Shown piece after piece: positions 45,634 to 55,390 of a stretch of 64,000 nucleotides of DNA. The notes under the pieces were generated by a model. The model searched no databases, had not been told where the DNA came from, and saw nothing but the letters and a program-made list of their open reading frames with translations. Within the stretch, counting starts at the first letter, position 1; each line of letters begins with the position of its first letter. This DNA is from Candidatus Krumholzibacteriota bacterium (GTDB lineage: Bacteria > Krumholzibacteriota > Krumholzibacteriia > JAJRXK01). The stretch lies in assembly GCA_963727455.1 (NCBI GenBank), contig CAVSGG010000017.1, positions 32,001-96,000 on the forward strand. Reading direction: 5' to 3'. The position numbers were made by a program, and so were the translations under genes.

Positions 45634-47743
45634 CTTTGCCTCCGATTCCGAGAGAGAGGAGAAAGCGACGTCCGGGAAGCGGCCAACCGTAGAGATCGAA
45701 GAGTTGCCGGTTGTCGCTCAGGTTCTCCACTCTCGCGTCGAGCTTCACCCTCAGGACATGCAGGCGAATCCAGATTCCGTGAAGCGAGCGCGAGGGGATC
45801 TTTTCCCGCCCGTTTCGGTCGAGAGTGTTATCGCCCATTGCGGTGAACTCGTATCCCGCGCTCCAGATTCCGTGGCTGATTGCCGCGCGCGCGCGTAGCT
45901 GATAGCCCGGCCGACCCGGCAGGGGCTGGCCCTGAAAGGTCGCATTGTCACTGCGATCCCGCGTGCGCAGCCAGGTTCCGTTGAAGCCCAGCGTCAGCGG
46001 TCCCAACCGGGAAAGCTGCAAGTCAGCTTCGACGCCCTTGATCTCGGCCGCGCCGATGTTCTGAGCTGTCGCGGTACGCTGACTGTTGCGAACGAATGTG
46101 ATGAGCTGAGAGCTGTCGTTGTGAAAGATGCTGAGCATCAAGCGGCGACTTGCTGCGTGTTGCGTGAGGACCAATCCCAAGTCACGATTGGTTCCCACTT
46201 CCGGTACCAAATCGGGATTCCCGATGACACCTCCGCGGTTTCCAAATCGTTCGATGAGCGTGGGCACACGCTCGTATTCTCCGAGATTGCCTTTCAGAAT
46301 GAGATGCTCGCCGATCAAGTAGCGAAGATCGAGCTGATAGGTATGGGCCCAGGTATCAGCGGACTCGCGCGGACCATTGGGCAAGTCGTAGTTCCCCAGT
46401 GGTGGCACGCCATGAAAGCGATCGTGGTGATATTCGATGCGGGCACCCGGGCTCAGCGAGAGACGCTCATCGAAGGCTCGGAATTCCGGCTCCAATGCGG
46501 CCGCGAGAGTGAGACGGGTTTGAGGTGCTCCCTTCTCCTTCGTTGGCCACAGGCGTCGGCTCTGCAGCCGCGCCCAGCGCGTCTCCAGGCGCCAGCTGTC
46601 GCGACCGCGCTCTGTCAAGGAACCCAGGGCATTGACCCCCATGCTCTGCGTGAGGTCCCGGCGTTCTTCGCGCACCAGACTCAGTTCCCCGTTCTTGTCG
46701 TCGAAGCCCTGTTGATCGATGCGATGATACAATTCGAGTTTTCTCAGGCGGCTGCTCCGCGCGCGCGAGGAGATGAGCGCTGCGCGAAAGTGATGGGTGA
46801 GGGTCGAGCTGCGCGCGTCCTTGGCCTGGAGGTCCCTTCCGGGCAGTCCATACTCCCGGCCGTCGAGTAGTTCGCTGATCTGCAGGTCCCAACGATCCCC
46901 CGCTCGGTACGCACTCAGCATGCCCCCGCCGGCCGAGACATCGTTGTTGCGGCGCACCGCTTCGAAATCGTCACGCGGGTTGTAAGGGGTTCGATTGTCG
47001 AATTTGTAGGAAAAGTCGCCGTTGCTGCTGAGATAGCGTCCTCTGCCCAACAGAGTCCAAGCTCCCAGCCGCTTGGACGATCCGGCTTGGACTTGGTAAG
47101 TGTCATACGAACCGGCGGTGGTGCGGGTCCAGCTACTCTCCGGTCCTCTCGCACTCACCAGGTGAATGGCCCCCCCGAGCCCGGGTCCACCCAGGACCAG
47201 GGGTGCCGCGCCGCGGTACACTTCGATGCGTTGCAGAGATTCCAGGGGTATGTCGGAGAGGTTGACGCTGCCGCTGCCAGGTTCAGCGAGAGGAACTCCA
47301 TCCAGAAATACCGGCGATTGCGCCGCGGTAGAGCCCCGAATGCTGGCGCTGCTGTAGGAGCCGAGCCCTCCCGACTCCCTTACCGTCACCCCGACCGCAT
47401 CCGAGAGCACCGAGGCAGCGCTCTCCAGGCCCCCCGACCAACTGGAGCGGAGAATGACCGAAGCAAAGCCGCCCTCGCGGTCCAGGATTTCTTGCCGACG
47501 TCTTTTCCGCGCACTCACTTCCATGGTGGGCGCGAGATACACTGCGGTCGAATCGTCCATCCGCAAGGGTGTGAGAATGAGGGTCGAGTCGGGGGGAGAC
47601 TTGCCCGGCGAAGGATCGGAAGCGTACGCAGGCGTTGTCCTCGAGACGAAGAGTGAAACCGAAAGCAGAATGAAAAACGCCGAGAGAACCCGGGCCCGCC
47701 GGATGCGGGCAGCGTCCTCAGCCGGACGCACAAGCGCCACCAT
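45620..47743 (-). CDS. TonB-dependent receptor, probably for cobalamin (BtuB-like)
   Basis: Plug motifs SIRGS, VFLDGVP, RIEVYRG; GNPDLVPE; ENLSD...PLPGRRF; downstream of a cobalamin riboswitch. Confidence 0.9.
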   Translation of the reverse strand: MVALVRPAEDAARIRRARVLSAFFILLSVSLFVSRTTPAYASDPSPGKSPPDSTLILTPLRMDDSTAVYLAPTMEVSARKRRRQEILDREGGFASVILRSSWSGGLESAASVLSDAVGVTVRESGGLGSYSSASIRGSTAAQSPVFLDGVPLAEPGSGSVNLSDIPLESLQRIEVYRGAAPLVLGGPGLGGAIHLVSARGPESSWTRTTAGSYDTYQVQAGSSKRLGAWTLLGRGRYLSSNGDFSYKFDNRTPYNPRDDFEAVRRNNDVSAGGGMLSAYRAGDRWDLQISELLDGREYGLPGRDLQAKDARSSTLTHHFRAALISSRARSSRLRKLELYHRIDQQGFDDKNGELSLVREERRDLTQSMGVNALGSLTERGRDSWRLETRWARLQSRRLWPTKEKGAPQTRLTLAAALEPEFRAFDERLSLSPGARIEYHHDRFHGVPPLGNYDLPNGPRESADTWAHTYQLDLRYLIGEHLILKGNLGEYERVPTLIERFGNRGGVIGNPDLVPEVGTNRDLGLVLTQHAASRRLMLSIFHNDSSQLITFVRNSQRTATAQNIGAAEIKGVEADLQLSRLGPLTLGFNGTWLRTRDRSDNATFQGQPLPGRPGYQLRARAAISHGIWSAGYEFTAMGDNTLDRNGREKIPSRSLHGIWIRLHVLRVKLDARVENLSDNRQLFDLYGWPLPGRRFLLSLGIGGKDDAS

Positions 47744-47774
47744 TCCTCCCCCTCGAAGGTCATCGGTGGAACGC

Positions 47775-47955
47775 CCGGGGTCGGTCTCCTGGCTTCCGGC
47801 TCTTACCGAATGCCGCGCCTTCCCGGGGTGTCCCCCAGTGGCGTCGTGCAGCATTTGTCGCCGGTCACAGTGGCGGGGCCGCGCTGGTCTTTCACCAGAC
47901 TTCCACGTTTGTCCCGCCGGGCGTCGATGTGAGTCCCGCGCGAGCGGGACCAAAG
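47775..47955 (-). ncRNA. Cobalamin riboswitch
   Basis: Minus strand: GGAAGTCTGGTGAAAGACCAGCGCGGCCCCGCCACTGTGA...GCCACTG...GGGAAGGC...GAAGCCAGGAGACC (B12 box); boundaries approximate. Confidence 0.92.
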
Positions 47956-48031
47956 ACACTCTAGGACCAATCGGAGAAGCAGCGCAAGCGGGAACTCGAT
48001 CAGGTGGGCAAAACGAGGATCACGCCTGGAT

Positions 48032-49705
48032 TCAGCCCCGAGCTTTCTCGCCGGCCTTTTCGATCCACAGCCGGGAGGAGGCGTAATCGAGGAAGAGATG
48101 GAAGCGCGAGAGAATCCCCGCTCCCAGAACTCCCGCAACGTCGGTGCTGCCCATGACTCCCTCGTTGCTGGTGGAGAAGTTGGTTGGGAGGTCCTCGAAG
48201 ACAAAGCTTCCCAGCTCGAAGCGCCGTAGTGAACCGCGTAGAGCGTGGCTGCTGCCGCCGATTCCGCGCACACCTGCAGGGGACATCTCCCCGCGATTTT
48301 CGGACTTCAGCAGCTCGTGTCGCTCGACGAAAGGCGCACTGAGATCTAATTCGTTGTCGCTCCCAGTATCGAGATGGACCCAGGCCTGGATTCCCTCGAT
48401 CGAGACTCTGGCGGTGGGAACATTCGCGTCCATGCGCAGGGGAATTTCTTCTGCGTGCTTCGGAGGCGTAAAATCGCGCCGCGAATGAAACTGCACCCAG
48501 CGCTCGTCGTAGGCGATCTCGATGATGCTCTGATTGAGCGTGTCATAGCCCAACACTCCGGTCACCGTTTCCTCGCTCAGAAGTGAAGTCACCGAGGACA
48601 GATCCAGACTCACCCAGCTCTGCGCGGGAAACTCCATCCGGCCCAGTGCGAGACTCTCGATCTGTACCAGTGCGGCCGGCGCGTTACCGGCGGCGCCAGT
48701 GGCCTCGAGTTCCCCCTGCGATGAGAGGCCCAGCTGCGGCAACTGAGAGCTATCGAGAATGCTGCTACCGGCGCCGGTATCCAGCAGAAACAGCCCCTCG
48801 TGATCCCGATTCAGAGTCCCGCGCAGGAGGATGTGACCTCCGGCCCCCACCATCGTCAAGCGACCGCTCTCGCTTCCGCCATGGAAGATGGGACCGTTCC
48901 GCTGGCTCGGCGGTGGGCGATAGGCCTCTTTGCCGCGGGGTGGTGCGAACTCGGCCAGCTCCAACTTGGCGCTGAGAATCATGTCGCCGGTCTCCATGCG
49001 GAGGCGGTCGGGTATCCAGGTTCCGTCGACTTCGCGGTAGTGCTCGAAGACCGTCTTCAATTCCATCTGTCCGTTGTTCCAGCTCGATTCGGCCAGCCGG
49101 AAGGTCTTGGGATCCAGAGTCAAATATTCAGGCTCCTTCCCCAAGAGCTGCAGGGAGATCCGTGGGCGGCCGCTTTCATCCGCTGGCGCGAGTTTCAGAA
49201 AGAAGGGTACGGGCGGACGCTTTAAAACGTAGGCTCCCAAATTCACGATCGATTCCAGAATGGCTCCGGTCTCCTCGTTTCCGGGAGCATCGCGCACCAC
49301 TCCGTTGCGATCCATAATCCAGGCCCGAGTGCCGTCGTATCCACTCTCGAGACTCAGAGGTCCCAAGCGGAGACGACTCCAACCGCACAGGGGAGACTCG
49401 TTCCAGCTCTCCACCGTGCCGTGCAGGCCCAGCCCGCTCACATCGGCTTTGATGTGGAGCGCGGAATCAAAGCTGTTGGTCCGTGAATACCCCATGGCCG
49501 CTGCGTGCCGATCGAGCAGTTCTTGCAAGCCGAGTTTACTGGCAAGCGCACGAGTCGAGTCGACCGCGTCCACTCGCGCGGCAAGCGTCTCAGCGAGCGC
49601 GGACGAAGGCCTCGGCGCACTCAGGGCGAGCAGCAGCCCGAACGCGGCCAGGAAACTGATGAGCTTGATTCTGGCGCGAATGGTCCCGTCCTCCGCCGTG
49701 GTCAT
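48032..49705 (-). CDS. Exported protein with tandem retropepsin-like aspartyl protease domains
   Basis: Signal peptide; LLDTGAG...GVLGYD and HLDTGSD...GVLGAG; beta-rich N-terminal domain. Confidence 0.85.
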   Translation of the reverse strand: MTTAEDGTIRARIKLISFLAAFGLLLALSAPRPSSALAETLAARVDAVDSTRALASKLGLQELLDRHAAAMGYSRTNSFDSALHIKADVSGLGLHGTVESWNESPLCGWSRLRLGPLSLESGYDGTRAWIMDRNGVVRDAPGNEETGAILESIVNLGAYVLKRPPVPFFLKLAPADESGRPRISLQLLGKEPEYLTLDPKTFRLAESSWNNGQMELKTVFEHYREVDGTWIPDRLRMETGDMILSAKLELAEFAPPRGKEAYRPPPSQRNGPIFHGGSESGRLTMVGAGGHILLRGTLNRDHEGLFLLDTGAGSSILDSSQLPQLGLSSQGELEATGAAGNAPAALVQIESLALGRMEFPAQSWVSLDLSSVTSLLSEETVTGVLGYDTLNQSIIEIAYDERWVQFHSRRDFTPPKHAEEIPLRMDANVPTARVSIEGIQAWVHLDTGSDNELDLSAPFVERHELLKSENRGEMSPAGVRGIGGSSHALRGSLRRFELGSFVFEDLPTNFSTSNEGVMGSTDVAGVLGAGILSRFHLFLDYASSRLWIEKAGEKARG

Positions 49706-49728
49706 GGTCTCTCGACTCTCTCTTGGAT

Positions 49729-50493
49729 TTAGCTCAGATGGAAGCTCTCGGCCACGAGCTTGATCGCAAACGCGACGACGCAGACCACCAACAGCCGTCT
49801 CACCCACACTTCACCCCGTTGCACCTGCAAGTGCGTGCCCAAGTAGCCGCCGAGCATGGTGCCGCCTCCCAGGACGAGCCCCGGGAGCCAACGCACCTGG
49901 CCGGCGTGCCAGAAGATGATGAGCGCGAAGACCTGGAGAAAGAGCACCGTGAAGACCTTGGTCGCGTTGGCGCGCACCAGATCCAGGCCTCCCAGACGCG
50001 CCAAGGCTGCAATGATCAGAAAGCCGGCACCGGCTTGAATGACTCCGGCATAGATTCCCAGGAAGAAGTAGCTCAGCGCCAAGAGTATGGGGTGCCGAGC
50101 CGGTGCCTGGCCGGGACGATCGCCTCGCTTGCGCAGAATGATGTAGAGGACGAGAAGAAGGATGACCGCGAGAATGCGACGAAACCAGACTTCGTTCAGA
50201 TCGAGAGCGATGCGCGTTCCCAACCAGGCGCCCGGTAGCGAAGGGAGAAGGAGAAGCAGACCCAGGCGCAGGGGCAGACGCCCGCGTTGCGCGAAGGTCG
50301 CCGAAGAGACCGAATTCTGCAGGACCAATCCCACGCGGTTGGTAGCGTTGGCCACGGTGGTAGGCAGCCCCAAGAAGATGAGGGCGGGAAGAGTGATGAG
50401 AGAACCGCCTCCGGCATTCACGTTGATGAAGCCGGCCACCCCTCCTGCGAGCAGTAGGAGGAAGAGACGCAGGGGCTGAAATCCTTCGAGCAT
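49729..50493 (-). CDS. Sulfite exporter TauE/SafE family protein
   Basis: AGFINVNAGGGSLITLPAL, ANATN, GIYAG...GAG, ANATK. Confidence 0.92.
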   Translation of the reverse strand: MLEGFQPLRLFLLLLAGGVAGFINVNAGGGSLITLPALIFLGLPTTVANATNRVGLVLQNSVSSATFAQRGRLPLRLGLLLLLPSLPGAWLGTRIALDLNEVWFRRILAVILLLVLYIILRKRGDRPGQAPARHPILLALSYFFLGIYAGVIQAGAGFLIIAALARLGGLDLVRANATKVFTVLFLQVFALIIFWHAGQVRWLPGLVLGGGTMLGGYLGTHLQVQRGEVWVRRLLVVCVVAFAIKLVAESFHLS

Positions 50494-50673
50494 GGGAGCA
50501 GGCTAGAGCCAGCAGAAGCTCGTGTCGAGCTTTGCCTGCAGCTCGAGTGAATTCCGCAGCGACTGGATTTGGAGCTGGTTTTCGCGCATTTCGGTTGCCT
50601 TGCCCGGCAAGGGCTTGTGGTTTAAGGTGGGATGGCTCACGAAGGCTCACACCCGCCGCAAGGGGCGTCTTCC

Positions 50674-51519
50674 ATGCAGGATGAACGTTGGAGCGTCGCG
50701 ATACTCAGCGACGGCTTTTACTTACTCGACGGCGGCTCCATGTTCGGAGTGGTACCGCGAGTGTTATGGGAGAAGAAGCACGAACCGGACGACAAGAACC
50801 GCGTGGTTCTGGCTCTGAACTGTCTGCTCTTGCGCAACGGGGAGCGCATCGTTCTGGTCGACAACGGAATGGGGGATGGGTGGAGTGAGAAGGAGCTCGC
50901 GATCTACGGCCTGCAGCGGCCCAACGGCAACTTGGTGGAGGACCTGAGCCGGCACGGTTTGGCGCCGGAACAGGTGACCGACGTCATCCTCACGCATCTG
51001 CACTTCGATCACGCGGGCGGCACCATCACCCACGAGGGCGAGAAGTCCCGGCTCACCTTCCCCAACGCAGTGCACTGGCTCCAGAAGTCGAACCTGCAGT
51101 GGGCCGAAAGCCCCACAGAACGCGACCGTGCGAGCTACCTGCGCCCACGGTGGGAACCCCTACTGGAAGAGAAAGGCCGCCTCGAGCTGGTGGACGGCGC
51201 CAAAGAAATCATGCCCGGAATTCGCACCCTGCCGGTGAGCGGTCATACTCCGGGGCAACAGTTGGTGGTGGTGAACGGTGAGGAGGGACCTGTTCTCTTC
51301 GCGGGAGATCTCATTCCCTTCGCCAGCCAACTCCGCGTGCCTTGGATCATGGCCTACGATCTGAATCCTCTGCTCACTCTCAGCGAGAAGAAAGACATCC
51401 TAGCCCGCGCAGCGGCCGAGGACTGGACCCTGGTCTTCGAACATGACAGGGAAATTCCCGCCGCACGAATCGAGTCCACGGATCGCGGCTACGCAGTACG
51501 GGAACAGGTGGAATTCTGA
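50674..51519 (+). CDS. MBL-fold metallo-hydrolase (YtnP-like)
   Basis: LDGGSMFGVVP, THLHFDHAGG, GHTPG, AGD, FEHD. Confidence 0.92.
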   Translation: MQDERWSVAILSDGFYLLDGGSMFGVVPRVLWEKKHEPDDKNRVVLALNCLLLRNGERIVLVDNGMGDGWSEKELAIYGLQRPNGNLVEDLSRHGLAPEQVTDVILTHLHFDHAGGTITHEGEKSRLTFPNAVHWLQKSNLQWAESPTERDRASYLRPRWEPLLEEKGRLELVDGAKEIMPGIRTLPVSGHTPGQQLVVVNGEEGPVLFAGDLIPFASQLRVPWIMAYDLNPLLTLSEKKDILARAAAEDWTLVFEHDREIPAARIESTDRGYAVREQVEF

Positions 51520-51520
51520 G

Positions 51521-52417
51521 GTGAAGCAGGAGAAACGCACTCGACACGTGATGGGCCAGCCCCGCCTCGGCAAACCGAGCTGGCTCCGGGTGAAACCGCG
51601 TTCGGGGCAGGAGTACTTCGAACTTCGGCGTCTTTTCCAAAGCAAGCAACTGCACACGATCTGCAGCGAAGCCAAGTGCCCGAACACGGCGGAGTGTTGG
51701 AGCCAGCGCACGGCGACCTTCTTGATTCTGGGAGAGAAGTGCACGCGTCGCTGTACGTTCTGCAACGTGGGATACGGCTGGAGCGGCGAACTCGATTGCG
51801 ACGAACCAAGGCGTTTGGCCGAAGGCGTGGATTCGCTGGACCTCCGGCACGTGGTCCTCACTTCCGTCGACCGCGACGATCTGCCGGACGGAGGAGCCGC
51901 AATCTTCGTGGAAAGTATCCAGCGCCTGCGCGGACTGAAGAAGGATCTCCGGGTAGAAGTCCTTACTCCGGACTTTGCGAAGAAGGAGGGCGCGCTGGAG
52001 CGTGTACTCTCGGCCGGTCCGGACGTCTTTGCACACAATTTGGAGACGGTCCAGCGTCTCTACCCCGGGGTTCGGCCGCGTTCGTCCTATTCGGGCTCGC
52101 TCGAGGTCCTGCGCGCGGCGGCCCGGCATCCCGCAAAACCGGTGGTGAAGACGGGCATCATGGTGGGCTTGGGGGAGAGCCCGGAGGAAATCGACGAGCT
52201 CATGCGCGATGCCACCTCAGCTGGGGTCCAGATACTGACCGTGGGACAATACCTCCAACCGAGCTCGCGTCACCACCGAGTCGAACGTTTTTACACTCCC
52301 GGAGAATTCCGGGAGATCGCGGAACGGGGGCGGGCTCTCGGCCTGCCCTGGGTCGAATCGGGTCCCCTCGTGCGATCGTCCTATCATGCCGCAGAGCAAC
52401 ACGGAGCCCTCAGCTAA
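51521..52417 (+). CDS. lipA: Lipoyl synthase
   Basis: CSEAKCPNTAEC (CX4CX5C), CTRRCTFC, VRSSYHA. Confidence 0.96.
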   Translation: MKQEKRTRHVMGQPRLGKPSWLRVKPRSGQEYFELRRLFQSKQLHTICSEAKCPNTAECWSQRTATFLILGEKCTRRCTFCNVGYGWSGELDCDEPRRLAEGVDSLDLRHVVLTSVDRDDLPDGGAAIFVESIQRLRGLKKDLRVEVLTPDFAKKEGALERVLSAGPDVFAHNLETVQRLYPGVRPRSSYSGSLEVLRAAARHPAKPVVKTGIMVGLGESPEEIDELMRDATSAGVQILTVGQYLQPSSRHHRVERFYTPGEFREIAERGRALGLPWVESGPLVRSSYHAAEQHGALS

Positions 52418-53780
52418 TCGTCCCATCACTCTGCCCACACGACAGTGGGTCGTGGTGGCCACGCTTGCCATTTGCGTGTTGGCAGCGGTGGGTGGAGGGC
52501 TCTGGCAGTTCGACCGTCATGCGCGGGATTATTTGCGTGAAGCCCTGGGCGACCAGCTCCAGGACCAGGCGGTGGGGGTGGCGTCGACAATCCCCGGCGA
52601 TTCCCTGGCTTTCTGGGCCCTGAGCCGAGGGGATCCCCGTTGGCAGACTCCGCTCTTGAAATCGTTGGGGCGCATACGTCAGGACAACGAGCTCGCCAAT
52701 ATCTTCCTCTGCCTTCCCGGAGGGGAAGTGGTCCTGGACGTGAATCAGAGCCTACTCCCCGGATTCAAGAACCCGTTTCTTTCGCTGGACCCGGCGGAAA
52801 TCGCAGCGGCGCGTTCGGGAATCGCGAGTCATTCCAGGCTCTACCATGCTTTGGGTGATCGCTACTACATGACCGGCTATGCGCCGGTATTCGACGTCGT
52901 GGGCGATGTGGCGGGTTTCGTGGGCGTGGACGCTAGCGTGGGATACTTCGATGCCCTTTCGGACTTGCGCCGCACGCTTTTGCTCATCGGCGGAACGGTG
53001 GTCGCGCTCGTCGCGTTGCTCATGATTCTCTGGGTCGTGTATGCGCAGCGCCTGGCCCGCGCACGCACTCTTCTGCTGCGCAACGAAACGCTCTCCGCGA
53101 TGGGCCGTATGACGGCGGGAATCGCGCATGAGATTCGCAATCCGCTGGGCATCATCAAGAATACCGCGCAACTCCTCAAAGAGGATCTGGAGGAGCAGGG
53201 CGTTGACGCGACCATGGTCGATTACATTCCCGAGGAAGTCAATCGTCTCAACGAGATCCTGACGGGATATCTCGACTTTGCCCGGCAGGCTCCTCCGCGC
53301 TTTTCCAAAGTGGACCTCACGAAACTCTTGCAACGCACTCTCCAACTGCTCGAGCAGGACTTTCAAGAGGCGAAGGTCACGGTCAGCGACGGTTTGAGCC
53401 ACTGTGGGGAAGTGAGCGTCGAGGCGGATACACGCCGATTGCAACAGGTCTTCCTGAATCTGTTCCTGAACGCCTTGCAGGCCATGCCGAACGGGGGCAC
53501 TCTCGAAATCGAGATTCAAGAAGAAGGAGACTCGGTCACCGCAAGAGTTCTCGATACGGGCGTGGGACTTCCAAAAGAAGAACCCGGACGCATCTTCGAA
53601 CCCTTCGTTACGACCAAGGACAAGGGAAGCGGATTGGGCTTGAGCGTGGTCCGGCGCATCGTAGTGGAGGATCATGGGGGGAGAGTGCAGTTGGAGGACC
53701 GTCCGCAGAAAGGTGCTGTCGCCACGGTGATTCTTCCCCGCCGGCAGAGGGCGAGAAGCAACTCACGAAGAGGAGAATAG
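52386..53780 (+). CDS. Two-component sensor histidine kinase
   Basis: Two TMs, AHEIRNPL, NALQAM, DTGVG, FVTTK..GSGLGL. Confidence 0.95.
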   Translation: MPQSNTEPSANRPITLPTRQWVVVATLAICVLAAVGGGLWQFDRHARDYLREALGDQLQDQAVGVASTIPGDSLAFWALSRGDPRWQTPLLKSLGRIRQDNELANIFLCLPGGEVVLDVNQSLLPGFKNPFLSLDPAEIAAARSGIASHSRLYHALGDRYYMTGYAPVFDVVGDVAGFVGVDASVGYFDALSDLRRTLLLIGGTVVALVALLMILWVVYAQRLARARTLLLRNETLSAMGRMTAGIAHEIRNPLGIIKNTAQLLKEDLEEQGVDATMVDYIPEEVNRLNEILTGYLDFARQAPPRFSKVDLTKLLQRTLQLLEQDFQEAKVTVSDGLSHCGEVSVEADTRRLQQVFLNLFLNALQAMPNGGTLEIEIQEEGDSVTARVLDTGVGLPKEEPGRIFEPFVTTKDKGSGLGLSVVRRIVVEDHGGRVQLEDRPQKGAVATVILPRRQRARSNSRRGE

Positions 53781-53781
53781 A

Positions 53782-55149
53782 GTGGCTCGGATTTTGGTGG
53801 TGGACGACGAGTCCAAGATGCAGGAGCTATTGGCGAAATTCCTCGCGCGCAAAGGTCACGAGGTGCGCACGGCAGGAGATGGCGTGGCAGCAATCGCGCA
53901 GCTCGAGGAGTCCGAATCCGAGCTCGTGTTTTCGGATCTGCGCATGCCCGGATTGGACGGAATCGAACTCCTCGCCAAAGTGCGCGAGCGGTGGCCGAAC
54001 ATACGATTGGTCATCATGACCGGCCACGGTGACGACGTGCGCACCGCGGTGGAAGCCATGAAGTCGGGCGCCTTCGACTATCTCACCAAACCACTCGATC
54101 TGGATGAAGTTGCCATCATCGCGGAACGGGCGGCGCGGGAACGCGAGCTTTCGCTGGAGAATGCTCGTCTGCGCAAAGTCGTGAACCGCCAGAATCCAGC
54201 GAGGGAAATGGTGGGTGAAAGCGCAGCAATGGCTCGCGTCAGGGAGCTGGTTCTGAAGGTTGCGCCGACGGACGCCACGGTGCTCATTCGCGGTGAGAGC
54301 GGCACGGGCAAGGAACTCACTGCGAGGTCGATTCACGAGCACAGTCCTAGGGCGAAGCGCCCCTTTCTGGCCGTCAATTGTGCCGCAATCGCTGACACCC
54401 TGCTCGAGAGCGAGCTCTTCGGTTACGTGAAAGGAGCATTCACCGGCGCGGAGCAGAACAAGGCGGGGCTCTTCGAGCTGGCCCACAGAGGCACCCTCTT
54501 TTTGGACGAGATCGCGGAAGCCAACGCGTCGGTGCAGGCCAAGCTGCTGCGCGCCCTGGAAGAAAAGAGATTCTTGCCGGTGGGCGGGCATCGTGAGGTT
54601 CAAGTCGATGTCAGAATCGTCGCCGCGACCAACAAGGACCTCGAGAGCTACATCGACCAAGATCGGTTCCGTAAAGACCTCTTCTATCGCTTCAATGTCT
54701 TTCCCGTGCAGCTTCCCCCGCTCAGAAATCGCATCGAGGATCTGCCGGGGCTCGTAGGTCATTTTCTGAATGGCTTCGGCCGGGACGCGGATGAGATCGA
54801 TTCGGAGTCTCTCTCGATGCTGCGTGCGTATCCGTGGCCGGGAAACGTGCGCGAGCTGCGCAACATCTTGGAGCGTGCGCATATCCTGGCGCAGGCAGAG
54901 CGTATTGGAGTGACTCACTTGCTCTTGCCGGAGGCTCGGGGTGACGGAGAGCAGGAGCTCGCGGGATCGAGACCGCTCAATCTGCGCATCGAAGATCACG
55001 AGCGAAGACTGATACGTTTGGCCCTGCAGCGGGCCGGGGGGAACAAGACCAAAGCGGCCGAGCTTTTGGGACTCACGCGCCGCGCCCTGTACAGCCGGAT
55101 GGAGCGCCTCCAGTTGCCCATCGACGGCCTCGAGCCAGGCACCAGCTAG
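53782..55149 (+). CDS. Sigma-54-dependent response regulator (NtrC/AtoC family)
   Basis: Receiver VVDDE...SDLRMP; GESGTGKE; GAFTGA; WPGNVREL; Fis-type HTH. Confidence 0.96.
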   Translation: MARILVVDDESKMQELLAKFLARKGHEVRTAGDGVAAIAQLEESESELVFSDLRMPGLDGIELLAKVRERWPNIRLVIMTGHGDDVRTAVEAMKSGAFDYLTKPLDLDEVAIIAERAARERELSLENARLRKVVNRQNPAREMVGESAAMARVRELVLKVAPTDATVLIRGESGTGKELTARSIHEHSPRAKRPFLAVNCAAIADTLLESELFGYVKGAFTGAEQNKAGLFELAHRGTLFLDEIAEANASVQAKLLRALEEKRFLPVGGHREVQVDVRIVAATNKDLESYIDQDRFRKDLFYRFNVFPVQLPPLRNRIEDLPGLVGHFLNGFGRDADEIDSESLSMLRAYPWPGNVRELRNILERAHILAQAERIGVTHLLLPEARGDGEQELAGSRPLNLRIEDHERRLIRLALQRAGGNKTKAAELLGLTRRALYSRMERLQLPIDGLEPGTS

Positions 55150-55329
55150 AAGGGCGGTCGCTCACCTCCGGCTGCCGTTCCAGCCGGGACAGGGTGTCCC
55201 TCGCGGTACGCCACAGGTGGGTATCGGCCCCCAGCCGCGCTCGAAGTCGGGAAGGAAGCGAATTCGGAAGTGCTTGGAAAATCAGCACTTCATGGCCATA
55301 CTCCGGCTCGAACCGGGGGGCGCCGCGAG

Positions 55330-55346
55330 TGGGAATGAGCATTGCA
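55330..55346 (+). promoter_or_regulatory. Possible sigma-54 (-24/-12) promoter
   Basis: GG(55332-33)-N10-GC(55344-45) in TGGGAATGAGCATTGCA, about 45 nt before ATG 55391; partial consensus match. Confidence 0.4.
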
Positions 55347-55390
55347 GCGTACGGGAACAGCGATCCATTCTGGATGAGCCAGGAGCATCA

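Noticed and set aside
47744-47959. N-terminal extension of the TonB-dependent receptor
   Set aside because: This region is the cobalamin riboswitch; the likely start is 47743.
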